From the NCBI GenBank assembly GCA_964551375.1, contig CAZKBG010000001.1:390001-422000 (forward strand): 32,000 nucleotides of DNA, given 5' to 3'. Positions 9,601 to 19,097 of this stretch are shown one piece after another. Below the pieces are notes generated by a model. That model saw nothing but the letters and a program-made list of their open reading frames with translations. It was not told where the DNA came from and did no database searches. A program made the translations under genes and the position numbers. This DNA comes from an uncultured archaeon (GTDB taxonomy: Archaea; Iainarchaeota; Iainarchaeia; Iainarchaeales; JAAZKV01). The first letter of the stretch is position 1; every line of letters begins with the position of its first letter.

Positions 9601-10468
9601 ATGACCTTACTGCATAATTTGGAATTTGAGAAGTATCCTGTGAAGAAGCCGATACTGTAATATATCCGTCAGTGCTGTTTGCCACACAATAAAGTTTTCC
9701 CCCGACTTTTGCTTTAGGAACATCAAAAGTGTAACCTGCGGTTGTTCCGACATACTGCGGAGATTCTAAAAGCTTTGAAGTTGAGCCGTCTCGGTTAATT
9801 ACCCACAAACTTATCTTTGATCCAACAGTATCTCCATCTGCATCAGACACATCAACTTTGCAAAATATTCTGTCCTGAGCCGCGTTATAATTTAACATGT
9901 AATCAACAAAGCTCACCCCAATTCTTGCTGGAAGAGAGGCATTTTTAATTTCAATTTTTGAGATTACAGGAGGACGGTTTATAAGATAATTAATTGAGCC
10001 ATAATTTCTTCCGCCGGAGCAATCTTCATAATTTCCGCCGGAACTGGTAAAACTCACACCAAAACCCGATACTGTTTTCCACCCGGGGCTCATTGAAGCT
10101 AAAAAACTGCCCGCCCCTGAAGTCGCGCAATTAGTGCTCCTTAATACGCAACAGTTCAAAAGAGTCTTGCAGCCAACAGCACCTGTATTTCCCGGCTGAA
10201 CAAGAGCGCCTGAAAATAAGAAGCACCCATCAGCCAAGCCGTACTCCGCCTGTCTAATCCATAAATTTAACGAGTTTGTTCCGCCGTTAGCGCAAACTCC
10301 TCCTGAGCCGTAACCGTTTACAAAAACAGTTTCGCCAGGATTATACACATCTTTATTTGTAGCAAAAGAATAAACTGCATTGCCTGCATAAAATGTCGCC
10401 CCTGAGGCGCTTACAAATGAAGCAATTACTAAAAGCACCGCTAAAATTAATATTTTCTTAAACAACAT
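9584..10468 (-). CDS. Secreted surface protein, same operon
   Basis: Signal peptide MLFKKILILAVLLVIASFVSASGA. Overlaps the start of the downstream ORF by 17 nt (translational coupling). Confidence 0.75.
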   Translation of the reverse strand: MLFKKILILAVLLVIASFVSASGATFYAGNAVYSFATNKDVYNPGETVFVNGYGSGGVCANGGTNSLNLWIRQAEYGLADGCFLFSGALVQPGNTGAVGCKTLLNCCVLRSTNCATSGAGSFLASMSPGWKTVSGFGVSFTSSGGNYEDCSGGRNYGSINYLINRPPVISKIEIKNASLPARIGVSFVDYMLNYNAAQDRIFCKVDVSDADGDTVGSKISLWVINRDGSTSKLLESPQYVGTTAGYTFDVPKAKVGGKLYCVANSTDGYITVSASSQDTSQIPNYAVRSFEQSQ

Positions 10469-10475
10469 AATCGCC

Positions 10476-11780
10476 TCATTTTTTTGCTCTCTTTTTTATA
10501 ATTACCACAACTGCAATTATTATAATCAAAATTACTATTACTCCACCAATTAAAACTAAAACTCCCCCATTACCCATTCCGCCAGTCTGGGGTTCACTTG
10601 CTGGATCATATACTAAGCCAGTAACTTTTGTGAAGCGCTCTTCCTGACCAGGAGTTGAATTAAATATTTCAGCTTTCATCTCATCAAGAACATTTCCATT
10701 CTTTCCGAGAAGTTTTACTGTAACTACAGGATTAGGACAATTTGCATTAATTGGAACTGATAACTGGACAAGCCAGTCCTTATTTTTAGCCATTGCCTTT
10801 GATTCATTACTAGAACAGGATGTTCCATTAGAAGACAAGCTTGCTTCAACAGTCATTCCTTCAAACAAAGTTGTTTTTCTTGCGTTTGGATATGAATCTG
10901 CTGAAGGAGTCCAAAACACATTTAATATCGCATTTTCTCCTGTGGAGTAGCTTTTTTTATCAGCAGTAATATTTTGAACAGTCCCTGATTCTCCGCTCAA
11001 AACATAATGAGCAACTATTTTATTTGAAACTTCTTTTCCTGTTCCATCGACAAGAACTGCTACCACATCATAAGCCTGAGGTTTTACTGGGTTAGGAAGA
11101 TTAATTTCAAAATCAGGTTTTGCGCCGCTAAGTTCAATCACTTGAGCAGTATCATCAACTGCGGAAACTAATTCCCCATAAATACTTCTAAAATATGTTG
11201 AAAATTTTGGGTGAACGCTTATATTTCCAAGCCCGTTTTCAGAACTGCACGAAAGGCTTAATTTTTCATCAGCAGTAAAAGCAACCCCTTCAATTAAACT
11301 AAAAGTGTTATTTTCATCAGCAATTTTTATTTTGCAAAAAGAAGGCATTACTTCAATCATCCCTTTTGCTCCGCTTATCTGAACATCCCCAGCTCTTGCA
11401 ACTGCAAGCTCTAATCCTTTAGGATTTCTTACTGAAACCCAAACTTGGTAAAAACCATCAGTTAAATTTGAAAGACTTATATTCGCCGAAACCAAAACTT
11501 TAGAATTAGCATCAAGATTAATTATTTTATCAAACACTTCTTCAAACGCCACAAATTCGCCCTTTATTGTCGGCTTAATTAACTTCACGCCGTACTTCAA
11601 TTGAGGCTGATAATTTCCTGCATTTAGAATAGTAAAATTTACATCAAGTTGCGAGCCGGTCTGAACTGATTCAATGCTCACAACCCCAACATTTGCAACC
11701 ACTTGAGGCTCCTCTGCAAATGAAATTGAACAAACTGCAATAAGAAGCAAAAAAATTGCCAACACTTTTCTAAAATCCAT
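10476..11780 (-). CDS. Exported protein with CARDB-like Ig-type domains and C-terminal TM anchor
   Basis: Signal peptide (VLAIFLLLIAVCSISFA). DVNFTILNAGNYQPQLKYGVKL...NISLSNLTDGFYQVWVSVRNPKG. C-terminal GGVLVLIGGVIVILIIIIAVVVIIKKRAKK. Confidence 0.75.
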   Translation of the reverse strand: MDFRKVLAIFLLLIAVCSISFAEEPQVVANVGVVSIESVQTGSQLDVNFTILNAGNYQPQLKYGVKLIKPTIKGEFVAFEEVFDKIINLDANSKVLVSANISLSNLTDGFYQVWVSVRNPKGLELAVARAGDVQISGAKGMIEVMPSFCKIKIADENNTFSLIEGVAFTADEKLSLSCSSENGLGNISVHPKFSTYFRSIYGELVSAVDDTAQVIELSGAKPDFEINLPNPVKPQAYDVVAVLVDGTGKEVSNKIVAHYVLSGESGTVQNITADKKSYSTGENAILNVFWTPSADSYPNARKTTLFEGMTVEASLSSNGTSCSSNESKAMAKNKDWLVQLSVPINANCPNPVVTVKLLGKNGNVLDEMKAEIFNSTPGQEERFTKVTGLVYDPASEPQTGGMGNGGVLVLIGGVIVILIIIIAVVVIIKKRAKK

Positions 11781-11892
11781 CTGAATTATTACTGATTTGA
11801 GATATATTAATATTACTAGTTAAACAAACTTGATAATATTTTGACAAATTTTATAAAATAAACTAATTAATCCTGACACTAGCATAACATGT

Positions 11893-12083
11893 GACCAAGC
11901 AAAACAAAGTTTTGCGGGTCCCGTAAAACCTGCTGGTTTTACTTGGAGCGCTAGCGAACCCAGACAGCTAATGCGAAGCCAGTGGAGCGCAAGCGACACA
12001 CTCGGCGTCAACCGACGTGTCGGTTGAGGCAAAGGAGGAGGCCACAATAGCCGTTGAACAACAATTAGTCAAGCCTGTTCAAC
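11893..12083. ncRNA. Candidate structured RNA or hairpin array, GC-rich intergenic region, orientation unknown
   Basis: Four clear inverted repeats: GACC-aa-GCAAAAC/GTTTTGC-g-GGTC (11893-11920), GTAAAACC/GGTTTTAC (11923-11942), TCAACCGA/TCGGTTGA (12008-12027), GTTGAACA/TGTTCAAC (12053-12083). A 14-nt direct repeat TGGAGCGC[T/A]AGCGA lies between them. GC clearly above the flanks. Confidence 0.4.
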
Positions 12084-12085
12084 TG

Positions 12086-12598
12086 CTACTGATGCAAAGC
12101 CGGGGCCGAATTCATGCTTGGGGTTGGGGTTGGGCGCATGAAAATGACTTTTTTTCCTGACCTTACACTTACTAAGTGGCCTTCTCTCGCTAATCTATTT
12201 AAACGCTGGCTTGCAGCGTTCGTATTTCTATAGGAAAGTCTCAACTGAATGTCCTGTGCCGAAACCATTCCGACTTCAGCAATCATTTGCATGATGTGCT
12301 GGTCTGGCTCCGAAAGGATTTTTTGCTGAGCTGTGCTGGAGTTATTGGAGTTATTTTTCACTAACAATTCCTCAATCTTCGCGAACTTCTGCTCCAACCT
12401 GGCAAGTATTCGGTTGGTTTCTTCTCTCTCTTTTGTAAGTTTGTATAGTAATGCTGCGAGGAAAGCTGGATTGGATGACTCTTTCATGACTTCCTGCATA
12501 TCAACGCTTAAGTCACTAAACTCAGGAGAAATACGCTTAACCGCGTTCAGTTCGTTTAGTAACTTCTGGGCATCATACGAAGTATCATGATCAGCCAT
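12086..12598 (-). CDS. Winged-helix DNA-binding protein
   Basis: C-terminal DQHIMQMIAEVGMVSAQDIQLRLSYRNTNAASQRLNRLAREGHLVSVRSGKKVIF fits wHTH (helix-turn-helix and wing). N-terminal part looks like a coiled coil. Confidence 0.7.
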   Translation of the reverse strand: MADHDTSYDAQKLLNELNAVKRISPEFSDLSVDMQEVMKESSNPAFLAALLYKLTKEREETNRILARLEQKFAKIEELLVKNNSNNSSTAQQKILSEPDQHIMQMIAEVGMVSAQDIQLRLSYRNTNAASQRLNRLAREGHLVSVRSGKKVIFMRPTPTPSMNSAPALHQ

Positions 12599-12624
12599 AT
12601 CAGTATCATGATACTATCATGATA
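12582..12624. promoter_or_regulatory. Array of three TATCATGAT palindromic sites over the wHTH gene start (candidate autoregulatory operator)
   Basis: GTATCATGATCA 12582-12593, perfect palindrome GTATCATGATAC 12603-12614, perfect palindrome TATCATGATA 12615-12624. Core spacing is 21 bp and 11 bp. Confidence 0.6.
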
Positions 12625-12632
12625 TTTATATA
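12625..12632 (-). promoter_or_regulatory. Archaeal TATA box (TATATAAA) of the wHTH gene
   Basis: RC of TTTATATA, 27 bp upstream of the ATG at 12598. The predicted start site falls close to the start codon. Confidence 0.55.
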
Positions 12633-12866
12633 CTTATGCCCTTTCGAAATGCAACCCGACAAAAGCTTACGACTTGCCTTTCCAAACCAATAGAATTAGC
12701 ATCAGTAAGCGCAAAAGAACTATTTAAATGTTATTAAACTCAAAAAAAATTTAAAATATTAAATAAAACAAAAACTAAGCATCCGAATAATAAAAATTAA
12801 ATCTTTCAATAAAAAAAGGCTAAATAAAAAAATAAATTAGCGGGAAAAATCCCGCAAAACTGTTCG

Positions 12867-13232
12867 TTACTTCTTTGTCAAAATGATTTCAATTGATGAA
12901 ACTTTAAGAGGCCTTCCGTCCTGAGTAACAACCTCTTCAGTCGCAATGCTGATATTAACAATCTTAATTGTAGTGTCACGATTTCTCACAATTTCAGCAA
13001 CATCAACCGCTCTTGAAATTGATTTTCCCCTTGCTTTAATTATAACCTCTTTAGCTCCAGTGCCAAACTGTGTTACAACTGCTAAAACGTAAGCCATCGC
13101 CCCTTTTTTGCCAATGTAAACAAAGTTGCCTATTGCTTCCTGCACTTGCTCTTCTGCGACTTCCTTTGCCATATCCTTTGTGTTTTCCTTTGCTTCCTTT
13201 GCTTCTTTCTTTGATTCTTTTCTTTCCGCCAT
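12867..13232 (-). CDS. albA: Alba family DNA/RNA-binding protein with charged N-terminal extension
   Basis: [50 protein letters not shown] matches the Alba core. Confidence 0.92.
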   Translation of the reverse strand: MAERKESKKEAKEAKENTKDMAKEVAEEQVQEAIGNFVYIGKKGAMAYVLAVVTQFGTGAKEVIIKARGKSISRAVDVAEIVRNRDTTIKIVNISIATEEVVTQDGRPLKVSSIEIILTKK

Positions 13233-13461
13233 GATAGATTCCTCCGAGAGTATTGCTTAACCAATTGCCCATTGAAAATAATTAAAAAGGCATCGAGAGA
13301 GTGATAAAACGCATTGAAAAACGACGCAGAATACAGGCCAAAAAAATTCGAATTAAAAAAACCACCAAATTAACTTAAAATTAAAATTAGAAAAAAATAA
13401 AAAAAATAAAAAGAGAGGGATGAGCGAAATGCACTCGCATTCGCTCACTTCTTTTCTATAT

Positions 13462-14316
13462 CTACTTTAAGTAGAATATAGTGTTGTTGAAGATTCCAGG
13501 AGTCATCCCAGGATCGTAGTTGAAATAAATTACTGTGCCCATCATTGGGAAGCTCTTCTTTTCAAGGATAGCATCAAATGTCTTTGATACGCTTTCTCCC
13601 TGGATGTAAGCTACTCTCTTAGCGCCTGCGTCAGGAGCAATTTCAAGAGTTCTTACTACTATTGGAGCCTGTCCTACTGGAGGAGCAGTTTCAATTCCGT
13701 TCATGATTGGGTGCTCATAATCCTGAGCCCAAACTCTGCCTACTACGCTTACTTCTTTTCCTTCAGCGCATGAAGGCACACCGTCAGAACCTGCAATGCA
13801 GTTAGCCGGAACTATATCACCCATTGTGGCTTTCCAGTTAGTTACATCGTTTGAAGTATAACCTCCAAATCCAGCGCTCTGATAAACGCCTGAGTTCATT
13901 ACGACAACTAATTTGCCGCCCTTTTGAACATATTTTTGAAGCGCTTCTCCTAGAGAAACAGTTATACTTTTGTCTGCTATGTTACTTTGATCTAAAATTA
14001 CAATATCATACTGATGGAATTCTTCAGTTGAAGCCATTCCAAATGTTGCTGCATCTCTTTGTCTCCATGTAACAAAATAAGATAGTCTGTCAAGACCAGC
14101 TCTCTCCCCAAGCGAAGGCTCTCCGATAAACAAAACGTTTACCCTTGCGCTTCCTTTTGGAAGATAAGGCACATCAACAACACCAAAATAGTTTAGTGAC
14201 GCAACCCCGATTATTACTAAGAGAATCAAAGGAATAATACCTTCAAGGTTCATCCTTTTTACTGCACCGCCAAGAGCAGGAGCTCCAGCGCCAGCATCTT
14301 CTCCTCCTTCATACAT
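13462..14316 (-). CDS. Membrane-anchored protein with GATase1/ThuA-like extracytoplasmic domain
   Basis: TM helix IIPLILLVIIGVASLNYFGVV followed by VNVLFIGEPS...QYDIVILDQSN...LGEALQKYVQKGGKLVVVMNSGVY. Confidence 0.6.
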   Translation of the reverse strand: MYEGGEDAGAGAPALGGAVKRMNLEGIIPLILLVIIGVASLNYFGVVDVPYLPKGSARVNVLFIGEPSLGERAGLDRLSYFVTWRQRDAATFGMASTEEFHQYDIVILDQSNIADKSITVSLGEALQKYVQKGGKLVVVMNSGVYQSAGFGGYTSNDVTNWKATMGDIVPANCIAGSDGVPSCAEGKEVSVVGRVWAQDYEHPIMNGIETAPPVGQAPIVVRTLEIAPDAGAKRVAYIQGESVSKTFDAILEKKSFPMMGTVIYFNYDPGMTPGIFNNTIFYLK

Positions 14317-14488
14317 CTAAAACCCTCTCCTTTTTTCACTTAATCAAATGAATTGATTAAATTTACTAAATATTACTCTTTTTCGTAGTTTTTAATGGTT
14401 TCGCCCAATCAAAAACCAAGAAAAGTAACGATTTTGTGATTAATAAACCTTACCTAAACAAAACCGCCAAAATTTCACTTGACAAAAA

Positions 14489-15508
14489 TCATCTCCCCAT
14501 CATTCCAAAGTACATTCTTTTCACGTACTGGAAATAATTATTGTCAGAATAAAACCATTCAGGAGGATATGCATAATACGCAACTCTCTCTCCAAGACCG
14601 ATTGAAGAAGTCGCAATGATTGGAATATTTTTTGGAATCTGCACAGTCTTTCCATTCCCCACTCCGCCGTGATTTAAGTTAAGAACAATATTTCCAACTG
14701 AAGAATCTGAAATTGGTTTCACAATTGCAAAATCCCTTTCTTTTGTAATTTTAAAATTAAGAGCCGAAGCTGTGCCGTAAATTAATGGATGCTCGCCTGT
14801 AACTTCAGCTTCAAGAGAACCAACGCTAAAAGGAGTCTCTGGGCAATTCACTTGGCTGCAATAATTATCAACATATTTTAATCCAAGGAATTCATCAAAA
14901 TTAACCAAGTCATAGCTTGTAGCAGTATCTTTGATTCTAAACCATGGATTGTCTGCAACTTTTGGCCCGGTATCGGAACAATTAATATCTTCCCTCACAG
15001 TGCCGAACTCATCAGAAGGAACTGTCCTTACTCCAATTGAATTTCTTTCGCAAATACTGTCAGAATAATCCCTTACTTCACCCTCTCCAAATTCAACTCC
15101 TGAATCCCCAATCCACACCAGGCGCCCGCCGTTCTTATTTACATAATCTTCAAACATCAATAACTGGTCGGCTGAAAGCTTTCTTGCATGCTCAACAATG
15201 ACTAATTTATATTTTTTTAAATTCCCGATTGTAACCCTATCCACGTGCTGGGCATCAACCGCGCCAACGCCGACATATCTTGCGTCCTGAAGAAGAGTTT
15301 TTAATTTTTCAGGCTCGCCCATTCCAGAGTCGCCGTAAACAATCAAAACTCTTGGAGAGCCGATTACCGCATCATATGCTTGGCACCAATACGGAGAAAT
15401 GTCCTTGCACTCAGTAATACCAGTCCAAGTGAGAATGAACAAAACTACCGCAATAAGAATTAATATCCCAAGAACCTTCATTCCCAAATCAAATTTTTCT
15501 TCCAACAA
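14489..15508 (-). CDS. Membrane-anchored GATase1/ThuA-like protein, related to neighbouring ORF
   Basis: TM helix VLGILILIAVVLFILTWTGI then PRVLIVYGDSG...KLVIVEHARKLSADQLLMFEDYVNKNGGRLVWIGDSGVEF. Same architecture as 13462-14316. Confidence 0.6.
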   Translation of the reverse strand: MLEEKFDLGMKVLGILILIAVVLFILTWTGITECKDISPYWCQAYDAVIGSPRVLIVYGDSGMGEPEKLKTLLQDARYVGVGAVDAQHVDRVTIGNLKKYKLVIVEHARKLSADQLLMFEDYVNKNGGRLVWIGDSGVEFGEGEVRDYSDSICERNSIGVRTVPSDEFGTVREDINCSDTGPKVADNPWFRIKDTATSYDLVNFDEFLGLKYVDNYCSQVNCPETPFSVGSLEAEVTGEHPLIYGTASALNFKITKERDFAIVKPISDSSVGNIVLNLNHGGVGNGKTVQIPKNIPIIATSSIGLGERVAYYAYPPEWFYSDNNYFQYVKRMYFGMMGR

Positions 15509-15595
15509 ATCACCAAAAACTACTTTTATAAACCTGTCAGCATTTAATGAATACTAGTAAGAGTATTCTCTAACACATATAAAAATGGTGATGTG

Positions 15596-15775
15596 ATGGT
15601 AAAATTTGTTAAATCAAAGCCTTCTGAAGCAGGAAGCGGCCCAAGCTCGGCAATTGGAATCATGAGATTCTTTGACGCTGACTCAAAAAGCCCTCAAATA
15701 AGCCCATATTTTTTAATCGGCGTAACAATCGTTTTTGTTATAGCTCTGCTTGTTCTAAAATCAATGTGGAGATAA
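15596..15775 (+). CDS. Preprotein translocase subunit Sec61-beta
   Basis: SGPSSAIGIMRFFDADSKSPQISPYFLIGVTIVFVIALLVLKSMW is the archaeal Sec61-beta signature (GxMRFF, single C-terminal TM). ATG at 15596 preceded by GGTG; ORF track starts at GTG 15593. Confidence 0.92.
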   Translation: MVKFVKSKPSEAGSGPSSAIGIMRFFDADSKSPQISPYFLIGVTIVFVIALLVLKSMWR

Positions 15776-15928
15776 AAACTCCACAAAACAGTTTTTTAAT
15801 AAAAAAAACACAACACTTGACTTTTTTAGCTCTTGTCAAAGGCAAGTGAGATAAAAATTAAATTAACTTTTTAAAAAAAGAAGAAGTTTTTGTTAGATTA
15901 ATTTTATTTTTATCTAATTAGTTCAATT

Positions 15929-18763
15929 TTATTTTATTATTTGTATTTTTGCTTTTCCTTTTTGCACAGCAACTTCTTTTGAGCCTTCTTTAGCGCTTCC
16001 AAGCACAAGAGTTTTTGCCTGAACAGAGCGTTTAATTTCTGCGCCGAACTGTGAAACTGATTTTTGAACAATCGGATCAGCTGATTCAACAACAATATCA
16101 ACAATATCATTCAGCGTAAGCTTCATTTCTTTTCGCATTTCATTAATCTGCCTTATTACTTCCCTTGAAGCCCCTTCAACAATTAATCTTTCGGTCAAAT
16201 TCAAATCAAGCTCGACTTTTAATTCATCGCCTGATTTAACTTCAACATTTTTAACATTTAATTCATCCATTATCAGAACAAAATATTCTTTCTTTACCCT
16301 CGCGCCGTAAATTATTACTTTACTTAAAGGCTGTTTTACCGCGACACCGCACTTCTTTCTCTCATCAAGAGCTTTTGTAACAACTGCCCTTACTTCATCC
16401 ATTTCTTTTCCAATATTGTCGTCAATTAATGTTTCATTAAAGTGAGGCCATTTTTCAAGATGCACTGAAGCGGGAGTTGCAAAGTTTCCCCCATGCAATG
16501 ACTGGTAAATTTCCTCGGCAATAAACGGAGTTATTGGAGCAATTACTTTTGAAAGAGAATCAAGGGCATACGCGAATGTGTTGATTGCATTCTGCTTTTC
16601 TTTTTTATCCTCGCTTTTGAATCTTTCCCTGCTTCTACGAACATACCAAGTGGATAAATTATCAACATAAGTCAACACTTGCGAGCACACAAGAGTTGTA
16701 TTGTAATCATCCATATTTCTTGTTGAATTTCTGATTAAGGATTCTGTTTCGCTAATCAGCCACTTGTCCAAAATATGCTTTGAGGATTTATCGTCAAATA
16801 CTTTATTTTCTTTCGCAAACAATTCATAAAAGTTTTTGATATTCACAAGCATTGTGATTAACTTTCTGTGAACTTCTTTTACATTATCATCAAGGAAATT
16901 CAAATCCTGCGCGCGCATTAACTGAGAGGACATCAAGTAAAATCTCATCGCATCAGCGCCGTAAGTTTCAAACAATTTATTCGGATCAGTGTAATTGTTT
17001 TTTGATTTGGACATTTTTGCTCCGTCAGCTGCAAGAATTGTTCCTGAAACTACAACGTTTTTGAAGGGAGCCCTGTCCATCAATAGAACGCCAAGAACAT
17101 GCATGTAATAGAACCAAGCTCTTACCTGTGCAATATATTCTGAAATAAAATCCGCAGGATAATTATCTTCCATCCAGGATTCGTTCTCAAACGGATAATG
17201 CTTTGCCGCATAAGGCATGCTTCCTGATTCAAACCAGCAGTCAAGAACTTCAGGAATTCTTGTCATTGATTTAGCGCACTCGCACTTTAAGTGAATGTTA
17301 TCAACAATATGCTTGTGCAAATCAACATCATCAGCCACTTTTTCAATTGCATTCTCCTGCAATTCTTTAATGCTTCCAATAACTTTAATTTTACCGCACT
17401 CGCATCTCCAAACAGGAATTGCAGTCGCCCAAAATCTGTTTCTTGAAATACTCCAGTCAGGAGCTGTTTCTAAAATATACTTAAACCTGCCTTCTTTGAT
17501 TTGAGCGGGGTACCAGTTAATGTCTTTTGCCCTGTCAAGAAGCCTTGGCTTTAATTTTGTAATATCAACAAACCAAGAATCAACTGCATTGTAAATTAGA
17601 GGAGTATCGCATCTGTAACAGAAAGGATAAGAGTGAGTGTATTCTTTTGCCTCAACTAAAAGCCCTCTTGAATACAAATCTTCAATCACATCAGCGTCAA
17701 GTTTTTTGAACCACTTTCCAATCCAAGCAGCTGGACCAAGAACAAGTTTACCGTCTTTTCCAATGTGCTGAACAGCAGGAAGATTGTATTTTTTTATCAT
17801 CTCAAAATCAAAGTCACCGTAAATCGCCATATGAACAATTCCGGTTCCTTCTTCAGCAGTAACTCCGGCAGTTCCGTCAATTACATAATATCCTTTTTTT
17901 CCTTCAGTAGGCAAATCATAAAGCGGCTCATACTCTAAGCCCAGAAGTTCAGTTCCTTTTACTTCTTTAACAAACTCTGAATGCTTGAAATTCTTTTCTA
18001 CCAGTTCCTTTGCTAAAATAAACTTTTTCCCAAACACATCAACCATCACGTAATTTAATTTTGGATTAATCGCAAGCGCAACATTCCCAATCAAAGTCCA
18101 AGGAGTAGTAGTCCAAGCTAGGAGGTATTCGTTTTCTCTTCCCTTAATTTTAAAACCAACAGTTGCAGTTTTTTCTGTAACATCTTTGTATGAATTATCC
18201 ATCTGGATTTCAGAATTTGCAAGAGGAGTCTGGCACCTTGGACAGTACATCAAAATTTTCTTGCCTTCATAAATGTACCCCTCATCAAAAAACCGCTTGA
18301 ACATCCACCAAACAGTTTCCATATAAGTCGTATCCATTGTTTTGTAAGAATCATCAAAATCAATCCACTTCCCCATTGTTCGAACTGTTTTTTTCCATTC
18401 ATTTGCGAAGTACAAAACTTTTGAGCGGCAAAATTCATTAAACTTTGAAACACCCATTACTTCAATTTCCTGCTTATTCCTAACTCCAAGCTCTTTTTCA
18501 GCAATATTTTCAATCGGAAGCCCGTGGCAGTCCCAGCCCCACTTTCTTTCAACCCTAAATCCTTTCATTGTCCAATATCTTGGAAAAACATCTTTGCTTG
18601 TCAAGCCCAAAATGTGCCCGTGATGAGGAACTCCAGTCGCAAAAGGAGGGCCGTCATAGAAAACGTACTGCTTATTTTCAGGGCGCTCGCTTACTGAGCG
18701 TTCAAATGTCTTATTTTTTTCCCAGAACTGGGTGATTTTTTCTTCAAATTCGTTTCGACCCAC
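15929..18763 (-). CDS. ileS: Isoleucyl-tRNA synthetase
   Basis: HGHILG motif, GWDCHGLPIE, KMSKSKNN, anticodon-binding domain. Long IleRS-type protein. Confidence 0.97.
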   Translation of the reverse strand: MGRNEFEEKITQFWEKNKTFERSVSERPENKQYVFYDGPPFATGVPHHGHILGLTSKDVFPRYWTMKGFRVERKWGWDCHGLPIENIAEKELGVRNKQEIEVMGVSKFNEFCRSKVLYFANEWKKTVRTMGKWIDFDDSYKTMDTTYMETVWWMFKRFFDEGYIYEGKKILMYCPRCQTPLANSEIQMDNSYKDVTEKTATVGFKIKGRENEYLLAWTTTPWTLIGNVALAINPKLNYVMVDVFGKKFILAKELVEKNFKHSEFVKEVKGTELLGLEYEPLYDLPTEGKKGYYVIDGTAGVTAEEGTGIVHMAIYGDFDFEMIKKYNLPAVQHIGKDGKLVLGPAAWIGKWFKKLDADVIEDLYSRGLLVEAKEYTHSYPFCYRCDTPLIYNAVDSWFVDITKLKPRLLDRAKDINWYPAQIKEGRFKYILETAPDWSISRNRFWATAIPVWRCECGKIKVIGSIKELQENAIEKVADDVDLHKHIVDNIHLKCECAKSMTRIPEVLDCWFESGSMPYAAKHYPFENESWMEDNYPADFISEYIAQVRAWFYYMHVLGVLLMDRAPFKNVVVSGTILAADGAKMSKSKNNYTDPNKLFETYGADAMRFYLMSSQLMRAQDLNFLDDNVKEVHRKLITMLVNIKNFYELFAKENKVFDDKSSKHILDKWLISETESLIRNSTRNMDDYNTTLVCSQVLTYVDNLSTWYVRRSRERFKSEDKKEKQNAINTFAYALDSLSKVIAPITPFIAEEIYQSLHGGNFATPASVHLEKWPHFNETLIDDNIGKEMDEVRAVVTKALDERKKCGVAVKQPLSKVIIYGARVKKEYFVLIMDELNVKNVEVKSGDELKVELDLNLTERLIVEGASREVIRQINEMRKEMKLTLNDIVDIVVESADPIVQKSVSQFGAEIKRSVQAKTLVLGSAKEGSKEVAVQKGKAKIQIIK

Positions 18764-18793
18764 AAAATCACTAACTAATTTGTTAAACTTAAA

Positions 18794-18868
18794 TGGTCGC
18801 TAGCGGATTTGAACCGCTGACCCCTAGTGTATAAGACTAATGCTCTAACCAGGCTGAGCTAAGCGACC
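18794..18868 (-). tRNA. tRNA-Ile (anticodon UAU)
   Basis: GGTCGCT/AGCGACC acceptor, GCTC/GAGC D stem, TTAGT-CTTATAC-ACTAG anticodon arm (34-36 = TAT), AGCGG-TTCAAAT-CCGCT T arm, discriminator A. No intron and no CCA encoded. Confidence 0.93.
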
Positions 18869-19097
18869 TTACTAATTTTAACTCCGCTTTGCGGGGCTAA
18901 AACATGCCCATATAGTTTACACTAACTTAAAATGAATGAATCACTTCAAAATTAGAGTACTTGTTCTTATGGCTAATTAATTCAAAGTTGAATGGCAGTC
19001 CGTATGGCCAACCACCCTAAGATTTTATTTGAAGCCATAATAACACTAAAGTAAAGAAGACCGCAAGAGTTTAAAAAACTGCCCCCAAGGGCAAAAA

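Noticed and set aside
11820-12047. 75 aa minus-strand ORF
   Set aside because: Translation is not protein-like and coincides with the hairpin-rich GC island.
12220-12250. TAGGAAAGTCTC resembling the RNase P RNA CR-I motif (GAGGAAAGUCC)
   Set aside because: Lies inside the wHTH coding sequence and no matching CR-V (ACAGAAnnnGGCUUA-like) element was found downstream.
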